NCBI GenBank assembly: GCA_963422645.2
Contig: CAXXVO010000008.1
Coordinates: forward strand, 544,001-608,000
Origin: Alphaproteobacteria bacterium
GTDB lineage: Bacteria > Pseudomonadota > Alphaproteobacteria > UBA828
DNA: 64,000 nucleotides
Direction of reading: 5' to 3'
A program made the position numbers and the translations under genes. Every line of letters begins with the position of its first letter. Within the stretch, counting starts at the first letter, position 1. This document shows, piece after piece, positions 39,516 to 49,889 of the stretch. The notes beneath the pieces are model-generated. The model made no database searches and was not told the DNA's origin. It worked only from the letters and a program-made list of their open reading frames with translations.

Positions 39516-40742
39516 ATGGAGCAGATCCTGCGCGGCGCTCTGATCGCCGGCGGCGACGGCAGCCGGCTCGACATCGGCATCGCCGACGGGCGCATCGCCG
39601 AGATTGCGCCCACGGTCGAAGCCGACGCGCCGGTGCTCGACCTGGACGGCCGACTGGTGGCGCCCGGCTTCATCGAGACCCACATCCATCTCGACAAGGC
39701 CTGCATCCTCGACCGCTGCCGCGCGGAGCGGGGCGACCTCGCCGAGGCCATCGACGAGGTGGCGCGGGTCAAGCGTGAGTTCACGGCCGACGACGTGAAC
39801 GCCCGCGCCCGGCGCGTGCTCGATGCCTGCATCGCTCAGGGCACCACACACATGCGCACCCACCTGGAGGTAGACCCCGGCATCGGGATGCGCGGCTTCG
39901 ACGGCGTGCTGCCGCTGATCGAGGCCTATCGTTGGGCGATCGACCTGGAGATCTGCGTCTTCCCGCAGGAGGGGCTGCTCAACAATCCGGGCACCGACGA
40001 GCTTATGGTGGAGGCGCTCGCGCAGGGCGCCCGCGTGGTCGGCGCTGCGCCCTATACCGATAGCGACCCCGCCGGCCAGATCGACCGCGTGTTCGAGCTC
40101 GCGCGCGAGTTCGATGTCGATATCGACATGCACCTCGACTTCGGCGAGAGCGCGGACGCGCTCGACCTCGACCAGGTCTGCAGGCTGACCGAGCGCTTCG
40201 GCTACGGCGGCAGGGTCACGGTGGGCCACGTCACCAAGCTCTCGGCCGCGAGCCCTGAGCATCTGGCGCGGGTCGCGGACCGCATGGCCGAGGCGGGCGT
40301 CGCCTGCACCGTGCTGCCCGCGACCGATCTCTTCCTCATGGGGCGAGGCGACGAGGCCAACGTGCGGCGGGGGGTCACGCCTGCGCACCGGCTGCTCGGC
40401 CACGGCGTGAACTGCTCGCTCTCGTCAAACAACGTGCTCAACCCGTTCACGCCCTTCGGCGATTGCTCGCTGGTGCGCATGGCGAACCTCTACGCCAATG
40501 TCTGCCACGTGGGCGCGCGGTCGGAGATGCTGGACTGCTTCGACATGATCACGCGCCGCTCGGCCCGCATCCTCGGCCTCCACGATTACGGCATTGCGAT
40601 CGGCAATGCAGCCGACCTTGTGGTCCTCGACGCAACCGATCCGGCGGACGCGGTGGCCGCGATTGCGCCGCCGCTCTACGGTTTCAAGCGCGGGCGCATG
40701 ACCTTTCGCCGACCGTCGGCGGAGCTTCTCGGCCCGTCGTAG
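39516..40742 (+). CDS. Cytosine deaminase-like metal-dependent amidohydrolase
   Basis: PGFIETHIHLDK, FPQEG, DMHLD, GHVT, SSNNVLNPFTPFG. Confidence 0.88.
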   Translation: MEQILRGALIAGGDGSRLDIGIADGRIAEIAPTVEADAPVLDLDGRLVAPGFIETHIHLDKACILDRCRAERGDLAEAIDEVARVKREFTADDVNARARRVLDACIAQGTTHMRTHLEVDPGIGMRGFDGVLPLIEAYRWAIDLEICVFPQEGLLNNPGTDELMVEALAQGARVVGAAPYTDSDPAGQIDRVFELAREFDVDIDMHLDFGESADALDLDQVCRLTERFGYGGRVTVGHVTKLSAASPEHLARVADRMAEAGVACTVLPATDLFLMGRGDEANVRRGVTPAHRLLGHGVNCSLSSNNVLNPFTPFGDCSLVRMANLYANVCHVGARSEMLDCFDMITRRSARILGLHDYGIAIGNAADLVVLDATDPADAVAAIAPPLYGFKRGRMTFRRPSAELLGPS

Positions 40743-40844
40743 CGCCGCCGCAGGCCCAATGGGAGCGGAGGGCCCATTCGGGCACCACAAACCGCCTCGA
40801 TCAATAGAAGGGTCGATTCCTGAGTGTACCGGTATAATGACGAA

Positions 40845-40869
40845 GTGCCCCCCGGCCGTGCCGGGGGCC
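40845..40869 (+). terminator. GC hairpin between the amidohydrolase and the flippase-like gene
   Basis: GCCCCCCGGC-CGT-GCCGGGGGC inverted repeat. Confidence 0.4.
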
Positions 40870-40895
40870 TCTCGCGCTCATGATGGAAGAAGCCG

Positions 40896-41945
40896 GTGAG
40901 GCGCTGGAGCTACATCGCACTCATTGTCGGCATTGCGCTGGTCATCGGTCTCGTGTGCTTCCAGGGCGCCGGGGACGTGGCGGCCACTGTGGCCGCGGTG
41001 AGCTGGGGCATCGTCGTGGTCGTCCTGGTGCGCCTCGTGCCGATCATGCTGGACGGCTACGTCTGGCGGCTGCTCTTCCTGGAAGGCCATCGGCCGCCGG
41101 TGCTGACGGCGCTCTGGGCACGCTGGATCGGGGAAGCGGTCAACACGCTGGTGCCGGCGTTTCAGGTGGGCGGTGCGGTGGTGCGCTCGCGGCTCATGGT
41201 CATGCGGGGTGTGCCCGGCCGGATCGCAGGCGCGAGCGTCGTCGTCGACCTTACCCTCAGCACGATCACCCTGCTCTTCTTTACCCTGGTCGGCATCGGC
41301 CTGCTGATGGCCCACCACGGCGAAAGCGATATCGCCCGCGCCATCGGCTTCTGTGTGGCGGGCGGGTTCGTGGTCGTCGTCCTGCTCTGCGTCTTCCAGC
41401 AACGAGGGTTCTTCGGCTGGATCATCGGCTTGGTGGCGCGTTTCGCCAGGGGCAAGGCGTGGGATAACGCCATCGGCGGTGCCCAGGCGCTTGACGAGGC
41501 GATCCTCGACCTCTACCGACACCGCTGGCTTCTGGCGGGGAACGCGGCCGGCCAGCTCGCGGCCTGGACGCTCGGCGCCGCCGAGATCTATGCCGCGCTC
41601 TACTTCATGGGCTACGAGGTCTCCATTGCCGACGCCCTGCTGCTGGAAAGCCTGATCCTGGCGACGCGCACTGCCGCGTTCTTCGTGCCGGGCGCGCTCG
41701 GCGTGCAGGAGGGTGTGCTGGTGCTGCTCGGCGGTATGATCGGCCTCGGGCCAGAGGTGGCGCTGGCGCTTTCGCTGGTCAAGCGGGTCCGCGAGCTGGT
41801 GATCGGCGTCCCCGGTCTGCTCGCCTGGCAAATCGCGGAGGGCAAGAACTTGTTCAGCCGCAGCGCGCGGCGCGCGGCAGCGTCCGCACCGGAGCCGCCC
41901 GACCCTGCTGCCTCTTCCGCCAGCCGCTCGCGGGAGGCGCTCTGA
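40896..41945 (+). CDS. Lysylphosphatidylglycerol-synthase-domain (flippase-like, HpnL-type) membrane protein
   Basis: RWIGEAVNTLVP...VGG and FFVPGALGVQEG...LALSLVKRVRE motifs. Confidence 0.8.
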   Translation: MRRWSYIALIVGIALVIGLVCFQGAGDVAATVAAVSWGIVVVVLVRLVPIMLDGYVWRLLFLEGHRPPVLTALWARWIGEAVNTLVPAFQVGGAVVRSRLMVMRGVPGRIAGASVVVDLTLSTITLLFFTLVGIGLLMAHHGESDIARAIGFCVAGGFVVVVLLCVFQQRGFFGWIIGLVARFARGKAWDNAIGGAQALDEAILDLYRHRWLLAGNAAGQLAAWTLGAAEIYAALYFMGYEVSIADALLLESLILATRTAAFFVPGALGVQEGVLVLLGGMIGLGPEVALALSLVKRVRELVIGVPGLLAWQIAEGKNLFSRSARRAAASAPEPPDPAASSASRSREAL

Positions 41946-42021
41946 GCGCGCCCGGGCTGCGAGGGCCGGACGGATTTCACCCCTCCACCTCAAGAAAACA
42001 CATGTATTCGGAGACCGAACC

Positions 42022-43008
42022 ATGGGCACGATGATCGACGGCGAGTGGCACAAGGAGGACAACAGGACCCAGAGCGACGGGCGCTTCGTTCGCGCCACAA
42101 CCTCCTTCCGCGATACCGTCACTGCCGATGGCTCCTCCGGTTTCAAGGCCGAGCCGGGGCGCTACCACCTCTATGTCTCCCACGCCTGCCCCTGGGCGCA
42201 CCGGACGACGATTCTGCGCGCGTTGCGCAAGCTGGAGGACGTGATCTCGGTCTCGGTGGTGGAGCCCTTCATGGGCGACGACGGCTGGCACTTCAGCGAT
42301 GGTCCCGGCTGCATTCCCGACACGGTCAACGGCACCCGCTTTCTGCGAGAGGTCTACAAGCTCGCACGGGACGACTACACCGGGCGGGTCTCGGTGCCGG
42401 TGCTCTGGGACAAGAAGGAGAAGACCATCGTCAACAACGAGTCAGCCGAGATAATCCGCATGTTGAATAGGGCGTTCAACGCGTGGGGCGACGGCGAGCT
42501 GGACTTCTACCCGGCGGCGTTGAGAGACGAGATCGAGGCGGTCAACGAGCCGATCTACGAGCACGTCAACAATGGCGTCTACAAGACCGGCTTCGCCCGG
42601 TCGCAGGCGTCCTACGAGGATGCCTTCGATGCGTTGTTCGCGACCCTGGACGCGCTTGAGGCGAGACTGGACACACAGCGCTACCTGGCGGGCGCGTGCA
42701 TCACCGAGGCTGATTGGCGGCTCTTCCCAACCCTGGTGCGCTTCGATGCGGTCTATGTCGGGCACTTCAAGTGCAACGGACGGCGGATCGAGGACTATCC
42801 CAATCTGAGCAACTACCTGCGGGAGCTCTACCAGTACCCGGGAGTCGCGGACACGGTGAACATGGCCCACATCAAGGGGCACTATTACGGGAGCCACGTA
42901 AGCGTCAATCCCTCCCGCATCGTGCCCAAGGGGCCGGTGCTCGACTTCACGCGACTTCACGATCGAGATCGCTTTCCCTGCTCGCCGGCGCGCGCGACCA
43001 GCCACTAG
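42022..43008 (+). CDS. yqjG: Glutathionyl-hydroquinone reductase (GST omega/Xi class)
   Basis: RYHLYVSHACPWAHR, VPVLWD, NNESAEI, NNGVYKTGFA, HIKGHYY. Confidence 0.92.
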   Translation: MGTMIDGEWHKEDNRTQSDGRFVRATTSFRDTVTADGSSGFKAEPGRYHLYVSHACPWAHRTTILRALRKLEDVISVSVVEPFMGDDGWHFSDGPGCIPDTVNGTRFLREVYKLARDDYTGRVSVPVLWDKKEKTIVNNESAEIIRMLNRAFNAWGDGELDFYPAALRDEIEAVNEPIYEHVNNGVYKTGFARSQASYEDAFDALFATLDALEARLDTQRYLAGACITEADWRLFPTLVRFDAVYVGHFKCNGRRIEDYPNLSNYLRELYQYPGVADTVNMAHIKGHYYGSHVSVNPSRIVPKGPVLDFTRLHDRDRFPCSPARATSH

Positions 43009-44625
43009 CCCCAATTATTCACGGCGTGTCTGATTTTGGGGTGGCGGACGTAGCGTAAGCCGTTGCCATCGGGTAGGAATTCGTTGTCCGAGCGTCTTCC
43101 TCTCCGAACAACGAAAACGCCACGCCCGCCATGACCGACGATAGCCTTCTCCCCTTCGATCTGCCAAGCGTCCAACGCAAGAAGGTGAGTGCCGCCTTCG
43201 ATGGTGGCCTGATCTCGTCTGACGGCGGCCTCGTCCTGTTGCGCGGGGCGGAGCGCCGCTTGCGCCTCGCCGAGACCCTGGCAGGCTGCATCCGCGACCG
43301 GCGCAATCAGGCGCAGGTGGTCCACTCGCTCTCGGCCATGCTGCGCTTTCGCATGCTGGCGATCGCCTGCGGTTACGAGGATGCCGACGACTGCGACGCG
43401 CTCCGCACGGACCCCCTGTTCAAGCTCGCCGCGGGCCAGGCGCCGGAGAGCGGGGGCGCGCTCTGCTCGCAGCCGACCATGAGCCGCCTGGAGAACGCAC
43501 CGTCCCGCATCGAGGTGGCGCGCATGACGGCGGCGCTGGTCGATCTCTTCTGCCGCTCCTTTCCCGCCCCTCCCGCCGCCATCACCCTGGATATCGACGA
43601 CACCTGCGATGCCGTGCACGGCCACCAGCAGCTCTCGCTCTTCCACGCCCATTACGACACGCGCTGCTTTCTCCCCGTCCACGTCTACCATGTGGAGAGC
43701 GGCAAGCCGGTGGCGGTCCTCCTGCGCCCGGGAAAGACGCCGTCCGGGCCTGAGGTCCGCACCCTGCTGAAGCATCTGGTCCGCCGTATACGCCGCCACT
43801 GGCCCCGCACCCGGCTCACCTTCCGCGGAGATTCCCACTACGGCCGCCCGCAGGCCATGGCCTGGTGCGAGGAGAACGGCGTCGACTACATCTTCGGCCT
43901 CGCGGGCAATCGCGCGCTGCATGCCCTCGCCTACGAGGTGGCCGACGACCTCAAGGTGCGCCGCGCCGAGGCCGGCGCAGACAGGATGCGCAGCTTCGCC
44001 GCCTTCGCCTACGCCGCCCGCTCCTGGGGCCGCGAACGCCGGGTCGTCGCCAGGCTAGAGGCGAGCACGCGCGGCTTCGACGCCCGCTATATCGTCACCT
44101 CGCTCAGCGGCGAGCCCCGCCATCTCTACGAAGTCCTCTACTGCGCCCGCGGCCAGGCCGAGAACCTGATCAAGCTGCACAAGGGCCAGCTCGCCTCGGA
44201 CCGGACCTCTTGCCAAAGCCCGCTCGCCAACCAGCTCAGGCTGGTCCTGCACACCGGCGCCTACTGGCTCATGCTCGCCCTGCGCGACGCCATTCCCCGT
44301 GCTGCGCCGCTCGCCCGCGCCGAGTTCGCCACTCTCAGGCTGCGCCTGCTCAAGATCGGTGCCCGCGTCATCGAAAAGGCCGCCCGCATCCGTATCCACT
44401 TCTCCTCTGCCTGCCCGGACGCCGCCCTCTTCCGCCTGCTCGCAGGGCGCCTCGCAGCAGCAGGCCCCTGACCGCCGGGGCGCCGTGCCCCGTAAACCCG
44501 AACTCCCCCTCAACCCCCAACGCCTGTCACAACAAAGCTCGAAACCGGATGCCTATGGCGTCAGGGGGAAAGCTCACGCCGTGCCATCGTGACCTCCAAA
44601 GGCAACGCAGGATGAATAGGTCAGG
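43009..44625 (+). mobile_element. IS1380-family insertion sequence
   Basis: Imperfect IRs CCCCAATTATTCAC / ATGAATAGGTCAGG; TSD CTAG (43005-43008, 44626-44629). Confidence 0.88.
43131..44471 (+). CDS. IS1380 transposase
   Basis: FDGGLISSDGG, GYEDADD, TLDIDDT, RGDSHY, YCARGQAENLIK. Confidence 0.95.
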   Translation: MTDDSLLPFDLPSVQRKKVSAAFDGGLISSDGGLVLLRGAERRLRLAETLAGCIRDRRNQAQVVHSLSAMLRFRMLAIACGYEDADDCDALRTDPLFKLAAGQAPESGGALCSQPTMSRLENAPSRIEVARMTAALVDLFCRSFPAPPAAITLDIDDTCDAVHGHQQLSLFHAHYDTRCFLPVHVYHVESGKPVAVLLRPGKTPSGPEVRTLLKHLVRRIRRHWPRTRLTFRGDSHYGRPQAMAWCEENGVDYIFGLAGNRALHALAYEVADDLKVRRAEAGADRMRSFAAFAYAARSWGRERRVVARLEASTRGFDARYIVTSLSGEPRHLYEVLYCARGQAENLIKLHKGQLASDRTSCQSPLANQLRLVLHTGAYWLMLALRDAIPRAAPLARAEFATLRLRLLKIGARVIEKAARIRIHFSSACPDAALFRLLAGRLAAAGP

Positions 44626-44747
44626 CTAGCCGGGGGCGACACGGCGCGGGGTCGATTGTCCGCAGCGATAGGGGCGCAATATAGTGGTGCCTCGGCGGCA
44701 TCCGGCAGAGTCCTGCCGGCAGGTGCCGCAGGCGGGGGAAACCAGCC

Positions 44748-45065
44748 ATGACGGTCAGCGCCGCGAAATTCGAGGTCGGCCAGGTCGTCCACCACTTGAA
44801 GTTCGGCTATCGCGGCGTGGTGTTCGACGTCGATCCGTGCTTCCAGGGCGCCGAGGAGTGGTACGAGCAGGTGGCGCGCTCACGCCCGCCCAAGGACAAA
44901 CCCTGGTATCACGTCCTGGTTCACGATGCGGCGCACACCACCTACGTCGCCGAGCGCCATCTGGAGCCGGACCCGGAGGGCGGGCCTATCCAGCACCGGC
45001 TGCTGGATCAGCTCTTCGGTCACTTCGAGGACGGTCGCTACCGCACCGCACGCACCATCAATTGA
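44748..45065 (+). CDS. hspQ: Heat shock protein HspQ
   Basis: AKFEVGQVVHH..GYRGVVFDVDP, PWYHVL, TYVAERHL. Confidence 0.92.
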   Translation: MTVSAAKFEVGQVVHHLKFGYRGVVFDVDPCFQGAEEWYEQVARSRPPKDKPWYHVLVHDAAHTTYVAERHLEPDPEGGPIQHRLLDQLFGHFEDGRYRTARTIN

Positions 45066-45208
45066 GATCCAGGCAGGATTATGCTGCGTTGCAGCAACAG
45101 GTTCTCATTACCATTGAGTTTGTTACAATGAGCTGTTGTTGCGACGCAGCATAGCAGGCCGGGGGGCGGCTGCAGGCCGCCCGCAGGGCCTCGCCAGGAG
45201 GCAGCGTC

Positions 45209-46048
45209 ATGGCCAACCGAAGCCCAGTCCGAAGGCTCACCGTCCGCGATATCGCCCGCGCAAAGGGGGGCGAGCCGATCGTGAGCCTAACCGCATACAC
45301 GGCACCCGTCGCCCGCGTTGTCGACGAAGCTTGCGACTTCATTTTGGTGGGCGATTCGCTCGGCATGGTGCTCTACGGGATGGATTCGACGGTCGGAGTC
45401 ACCGTCGACATGATGATCGCCCACGGCCGCGCGGTGGTTCGCGCCACGCGGCGGGCCTGCATCGTCGTGGACCTGCCCTTCGGTTCCTACGAGCAATCGC
45501 CCGCACAGGCCTTCAGCACGGCCGCGCGCATCGTGGCGGAGACCGGCTGCGCGGCGGTCAAGCTGGAGGGCGGAGAGGAGATGGCGGAGACGATCGATTT
45601 CCTCACGGCGCGCGGCGTACCGGTGCTGGGCCATATCGGGCTGATGCCGCAATCGGTCAACGCATCTGGCTTTCAGGTTCAGGGCAGGACGGAGGAAAGC
45701 GCGCGGCGCATCCTTGCCGATGCACGGGCGGTCGAGGCTGCAGGCGCCTTCGGCATCGTGATCGAGAACACGGTCGAGCTGCTTTCGCGCATGCTGACGC
45801 AGGAACTCGCAGTGCCTACCATCGGCATCGGTGCATCGCCGGCCTGCGACGGTCAGATCCTGGTCACCGAAGACATCGTGGGACTCGCCGGCCCCTTCAC
45901 GCCCCGCTTCGTCAAGCGCTACGCAGAACTCGGCGACGGGCTTGCCAGTGCCGTGCAAGACTACGCCGACGACGTACGCGCCCGGCGCTTTCCCGGTCCT
46001 GAGCACACGGCGAACCTGTCAGTGCCCAAGGCGAAATCCGAGGCCTGA
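45209..46048 (+). CDS. panB: 3-methyl-2-oxobutanoate hydroxymethyltransferase
   Basis: [39 protein letters not shown]...DGQILV. Confidence 0.96.
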   Translation: MANRSPVRRLTVRDIARAKGGEPIVSLTAYTAPVARVVDEACDFILVGDSLGMVLYGMDSTVGVTVDMMIAHGRAVVRATRRACIVVDLPFGSYEQSPAQAFSTAARIVAETGCAAVKLEGGEEMAETIDFLTARGVPVLGHIGLMPQSVNASGFQVQGRTEESARRILADARAVEAAGAFGIVIENTVELLSRMLTQELAVPTIGIGASPACDGQILVTEDIVGLAGPFTPRFVKRYAELGDGLASAVQDYADDVRARRFPGPEHTANLSVPKAKSEA

Positions 46049-46158
46049 TGGCCGTGCGCCGATGCCCCTCTCCAAGGACAGGCGCGGCCCCTCAACACCC
46101 GCGCGCCCTCGCGGGGCGCGATGCAGGAGGCCAGCACGCCACATTGCGAACACAAAGA

Positions 46159-48047
46159 GTAACTGCCCAGGTCGTCTGATTTGTCATTTTGGGCCAGTGG
46201 ATTGAGGCGTTTCTCGTTCGGAGTTGGTGGAAAGGGCTTGACGGGAATTTCGGGAAATGACTCAACAACGACATGAGCAATCCCGAGTCGCCGCGCGGCC
46301 CTTCGACGGGAGCAGCGCCCGAAACGCCCGCGCAGAAGATCGCCCGCCTGGAGGAGGAGAACGCCCGGCTTCGGGAGGAAAATGCCTGGCTTCGGCAGCA
46401 GAACGCGCGGCTGGAAGAGCAAGTCGCGCGTCTCGTCGAGCGCATCGAGGAGTTGGAGCGCCGTCTCGGCCTCAACAGCGGCAACAGCGGCAAGCCGCCT
46501 TCGAGCGATGGGCTGAGGAAGCCGAATTCGAAGCGGCGAACCCGAAGCCTGCGCGGCAAATCGGGCCGCAAGCCCGGTGGCCAGCCCGGCCACAAGGGCA
46601 AGACGCTGCGCCGCGCCGATCACCCGGATCGGGTGAAGGATCACGTCCCGGCTTCCTGCAAGGGATGCGGTTCGCCGCTTTCGGACGCGGCCAGGGCGGG
46701 AACGCCCGTCGCCCGCCAGGTGTTCGATCTGCCCGAGCCGAGCCCCCTGGAGGTGACCGAGCACCGGGCGCATGCCAAGTGCTGCGGGCATTGCGGGACG
46801 GTGACCCGGGCGGCGTTCCCCGACGGGGTGTCGGCGCCGGTGCAGTACGGCCCGCGCATTGCCGGGGTGGCGGTCTACCTTCAGCACGCTCACTTCCTGC
46901 CGGAGGATCGGCTGTCGCAGGTGATGGCCGAGCTCTTCGGCGCGCCGGTGACGGCTGCGACGTTGGCGACGATGAGCGAGAGGGCGGCCGAGCGGCTTGC
47001 GGGACGCGGCCTTGCACATACAGGACCTGGCGGCGGGCACGGCGCGGGTGAAACACATGGACGAGACCGGCTTGCGGATCGGCGGTCAGACGCAGTGGCT
47101 TCATGTGATCTGCACGCCGCTGCTGGCGGCGTACCGGGTCAGCGGCAAGCGCGGCGCCCTGCTCTCGGGTGTCTCCGGCATCGTCGTGCACGATCACTGG
47201 AAGCCGTACTTCGCGATGGAAGGGGTGGAGCACGGCCTGTGCAACGCCCATCACCTGCGGGAGTTGCAGGCGCTGGTGGACATCGAAGGGGAGGCTTGGG
47301 CCCGGCGGATGCAGCAGCTCCTGCGCCGAGCCAATCGCGCCGCCCGCATCGCGCTGGACAAGGATATCGCCGTTCCGGCGAGGCTTGTGGCGCTGATCGA
47401 GCGCCGATACGACGAGATCATCGCCGATGCGCTGGCCTTTCACGAGAGCCAACCACCGTTCTCGCCTGGCAAGAGGAAGAAGCGCCGGAAGCGAAGGATC
47501 GGTCACAATCTGGCCTTGAGGCTGCGCGACCACAAATGCGCGGTGCTCCGGTTCCTGATCGACCTCGAGGTCGGGTTCACGAACAACGAGGCCGAGCGCG
47601 ACCTTCGGATGATGAAGCTGCGCCAGAAGATCTCCGGGGGCTTCCGGTCCGCGCAGGGGGCCGAGAACTTCGCCATCCTGCGCAGCGTCATCACCACCGC
47701 CAGAAAGCAGGGCTGGAATATCATCGAAGCCCTGACCAGCCCATCGGATCGGCTCATCGCCACCGTCAAGTGCGCGTAAGCTCACCTGGCACGGGTTCTC
47801 CAACAGCGGAGCCATTCTCATAAACGATCATGGTCGACGCCGTGCTGGACCACCCCATAGAATGAAAATCGGTGCCCGTCGCGCGGGCGGACTTCGGGCC
47901 ACATCGGGGTAGCTTACCGGTCGCAGTCCGCAAGAGGGGCATCGTGAGCTGTGAAACCCGGCGACCACAGAGGAGCACACGGGCGTCGCGTGGGTAGCGT
48001 TGTGCCGAATCCCAGAGAATTTTCACAGCAAGAACCTGGGCAGTTAC
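46159..48047 (+). mobile_element. IS66-family element without cargo
   Basis: Perfect 14-bp IRs GTAACTGCCCAGGT / ACCTGGGCAGTTAC; TSD CACAAAGA (46151-46158, 48048-48055). Confidence 0.95.
46273..47779 (+). pseudogene. IS66 transposase, frameshifted near 46997
   Basis: N-half (NSGNSGKPPSSDG, GGQPGHKG) and C-half (HMDETG, HDHW, CNAHHLREL, TNNEAERDLR) lie in different frames. Confidence 0.88.
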
Positions 48048-48176
48048 CACAAAGATTTGACAACACGGGCGCAAGCAGAGGATTCATGCTGCACGAGTTC
48101 TGGTGTCCGGCGATTCGCGACGACGCTCTGTCCGTGCGTGCGGATAGCTGATGACACGGATGTAAGGAGACGATCC

Positions 48177-48647
48177 ATGCACAAGTTGAAGTTTGCGGTG
48201 CTCGGCCTGGCAGCGCTGGCGCTTGCCGCCTGCACCGAAACCACAGGTCAAAAGCAGGGCCTCGGCACGCTGCTCGGCGCGGTGGCCGGCGGGGTTGCCG
48301 GCGCGCAGGTCGGCAAGGGCCGCGGCAAGGTGGTCGCCACCGGCGTCGGCGCGGTGCTCGGCGCGCTCATTGGAAGCGAAATCGGCAGATCGCTCGACCG
48401 CGCCGATCAGCTGGCATTGCAGCATACGACTCAGGAGACGTTGGAGACGGCCCCGATCGGCACGACAAGTACGTGGCATAACCCGGATAGCGGCAACAGG
48501 GGCACGGTGACGCCGACCCAGACATACCAGCAGAGCGACGGGCGCTATTGCCGCGAGTTCACCCAGACCGTGACGATCGGCAACCGCACGGAGGAAGCCT
48601 ACGGCACTGCCTGCCGCCAGCCCGACGGCAGCTGGCAGATCATCTAA
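48177..48647 (+). CDS. 17-kDa surface antigen family lipoprotein (RT0821/Lpp0805, glycine zipper)
   Basis: Lipobox LAAC, glycine zipper, WHNPDSG, YCREFTQ...[13 protein letters not shown]; RBS AAGGAG. Confidence 0.92.
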   Translation: MHKLKFAVLGLAALALAACTETTGQKQGLGTLLGAVAGGVAGAQVGKGRGKVVATGVGAVLGALIGSEIGRSLDRADQLALQHTTQETLETAPIGTTSTWHNPDSGNRGTVTPTQTYQQSDGRYCREFTQTVTIGNRTEEAYGTACRQPDGSWQII

Positions 48648-48696
48648 CGCCGGGCCACACGTCTCGGGAGACACCGACCCGAGACGTCGGCGGCAG

Positions 48697-49551
48697 ATGG
48701 CGCCTTGGGTGATCGAGAGCGTCGGCGGCCTGCGCGCAGCCGTCGCTGGGTGGCGTGCCGAAGGTCTGACGGTCGCTCTCGTCCCCACCATGGGGGCGCT
48801 GCACGAGGGCCACATGGCGCTGGTTCGGGCCGCACGCGCCCACGGCGGGCGCACTGTGGTCAGCCTCTTCGTCAACCCGACACAGTTTGCGCCGGACGAG
48901 GATTTTGCCCTCTATCCGCGCAACGCGGACGACGATCTGGCGAAACTCGCCGAGGCCGGGGTTGAAGCAGCGTTCATGCCGCCAACGGACGCGATCTACC
49001 CGCCAGGGTTCGCAACCACGGTGCGCGTGGAGGGCGTCACCGCCGGGCTAGAGAGCGCGTCCCGGCCCCACTTCTTCGACGGTGTCGCCACGGTCGTTAC
49101 CAAGCTCCTGTTGCAGTGCCTGGCCGAAGTCGCGCTCTTCGGGGAGAAGGACTACCAGCAGCTGGTTACGGTGCGTCGCCTGGTTGCCGATCTCGACATC
49201 CCCTGCCGGATCGAGGCGGTGCCCACCGTGCGCGCGGCCGACGGCCTCGCGCTCTCCTCACGAAACGATTATCTCTCTGACGAAGAGCGCCGGATCGCGC
49301 CCCAACTCTTCGAGGTGCTGAGCCGGATGGCGGCGGCATTGAGCGAGGGCACAACGTCGGCTGACTCCATCTCCCGCGGCACCGCCGCGCTCAAGACCGC
49401 AGGCTTTGCTCGGATCGACTATCTTGCGGTCTGCGACGCCGAGACGCTCGCGCCGGTGGAGCGGGTTTCGGCACCAGCCCGCGTGCTTGTTGCCGCGTGG
49501 CTCGGCGAGACACGGCTAATCGATAATGTGCCTGTAAGCCCCGCCGGCTGA
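48697..49551 (+). CDS. panC: Pantoate--beta-alanine ligase
   Basis: VPTMGALHEGH, FVNPTQF, RPHFFDGV, FGEKDYQQ, GLALSSRN, RLIDN. Confidence 0.96.
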   Translation: MAPWVIESVGGLRAAVAGWRAEGLTVALVPTMGALHEGHMALVRAARAHGGRTVVSLFVNPTQFAPDEDFALYPRNADDDLAKLAEAGVEAAFMPPTDAIYPPGFATTVRVEGVTAGLESASRPHFFDGVATVVTKLLLQCLAEVALFGEKDYQQLVTVRRLVADLDIPCRIEAVPTVRAADGLALSSRNDYLSDEERRIAPQLFEVLSRMAAALSEGTTSADSISRGTAALKTAGFARIDYLAVCDAETLAPVERVSAPARVLVAAWLGETRLIDNVPVSPAG

Positions 49552-49577
49552 CGGCGGGTATCAGGGGGGAAGAAGGA

Positions 49578-49602
49578 AGGCGACGAGCCTCGGCTCGTCG
49601 CC
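49578..49602. terminator. Hairpin between convergent panC and a small ORF
   Basis: GGCGACGAGCC-TC-GGCTCGTCGCC, followed by a pyrimidine run on the minus strand. Confidence 0.55.
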
Positions 49603-49625
49603 GCGCGAACAGTGAGCTCAGGGCC

Positions 49626-49790
49626 TCAGTGAGAGTCTCTCGCCCCGCCGTCGATCTCGCCGGGGCCATCATCCGTGCCCTCGTGCTGCCGCGCATCGAA
49701 GAGCAGCGTCTTCGCCGACCAGAAGATCCCGATCGACAGGATTAGAGTGGCGAGCGCGACCAGCAGCGGCAGTCCAAGGTCCCAAGGCAT
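49626..49790 (-). CDS. Small single-pass membrane protein (54 aa)
   Basis: MPWDLGLPLLVALATLILSIGIFWSAKTLLFDARQHEGTDDGPGEIDGGARDSH*; too short for the ORF track. Confidence 0.5.
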   Translation of the reverse strand: MPWDLGLPLLVALATLILSIGIFWSAKTLLFDARQHEGTDDGPGEIDGGARDSH

Positions 49791-49889
49791 GGGTTACGAA
49801 GCCCCCAATTGGCGATCCTGCAACGCTGAATAGCCAAGCGCCCCCGCTGCGTCAAGGAAGAGGCTCTATCAAATCCCTCAGGCGCCGCT

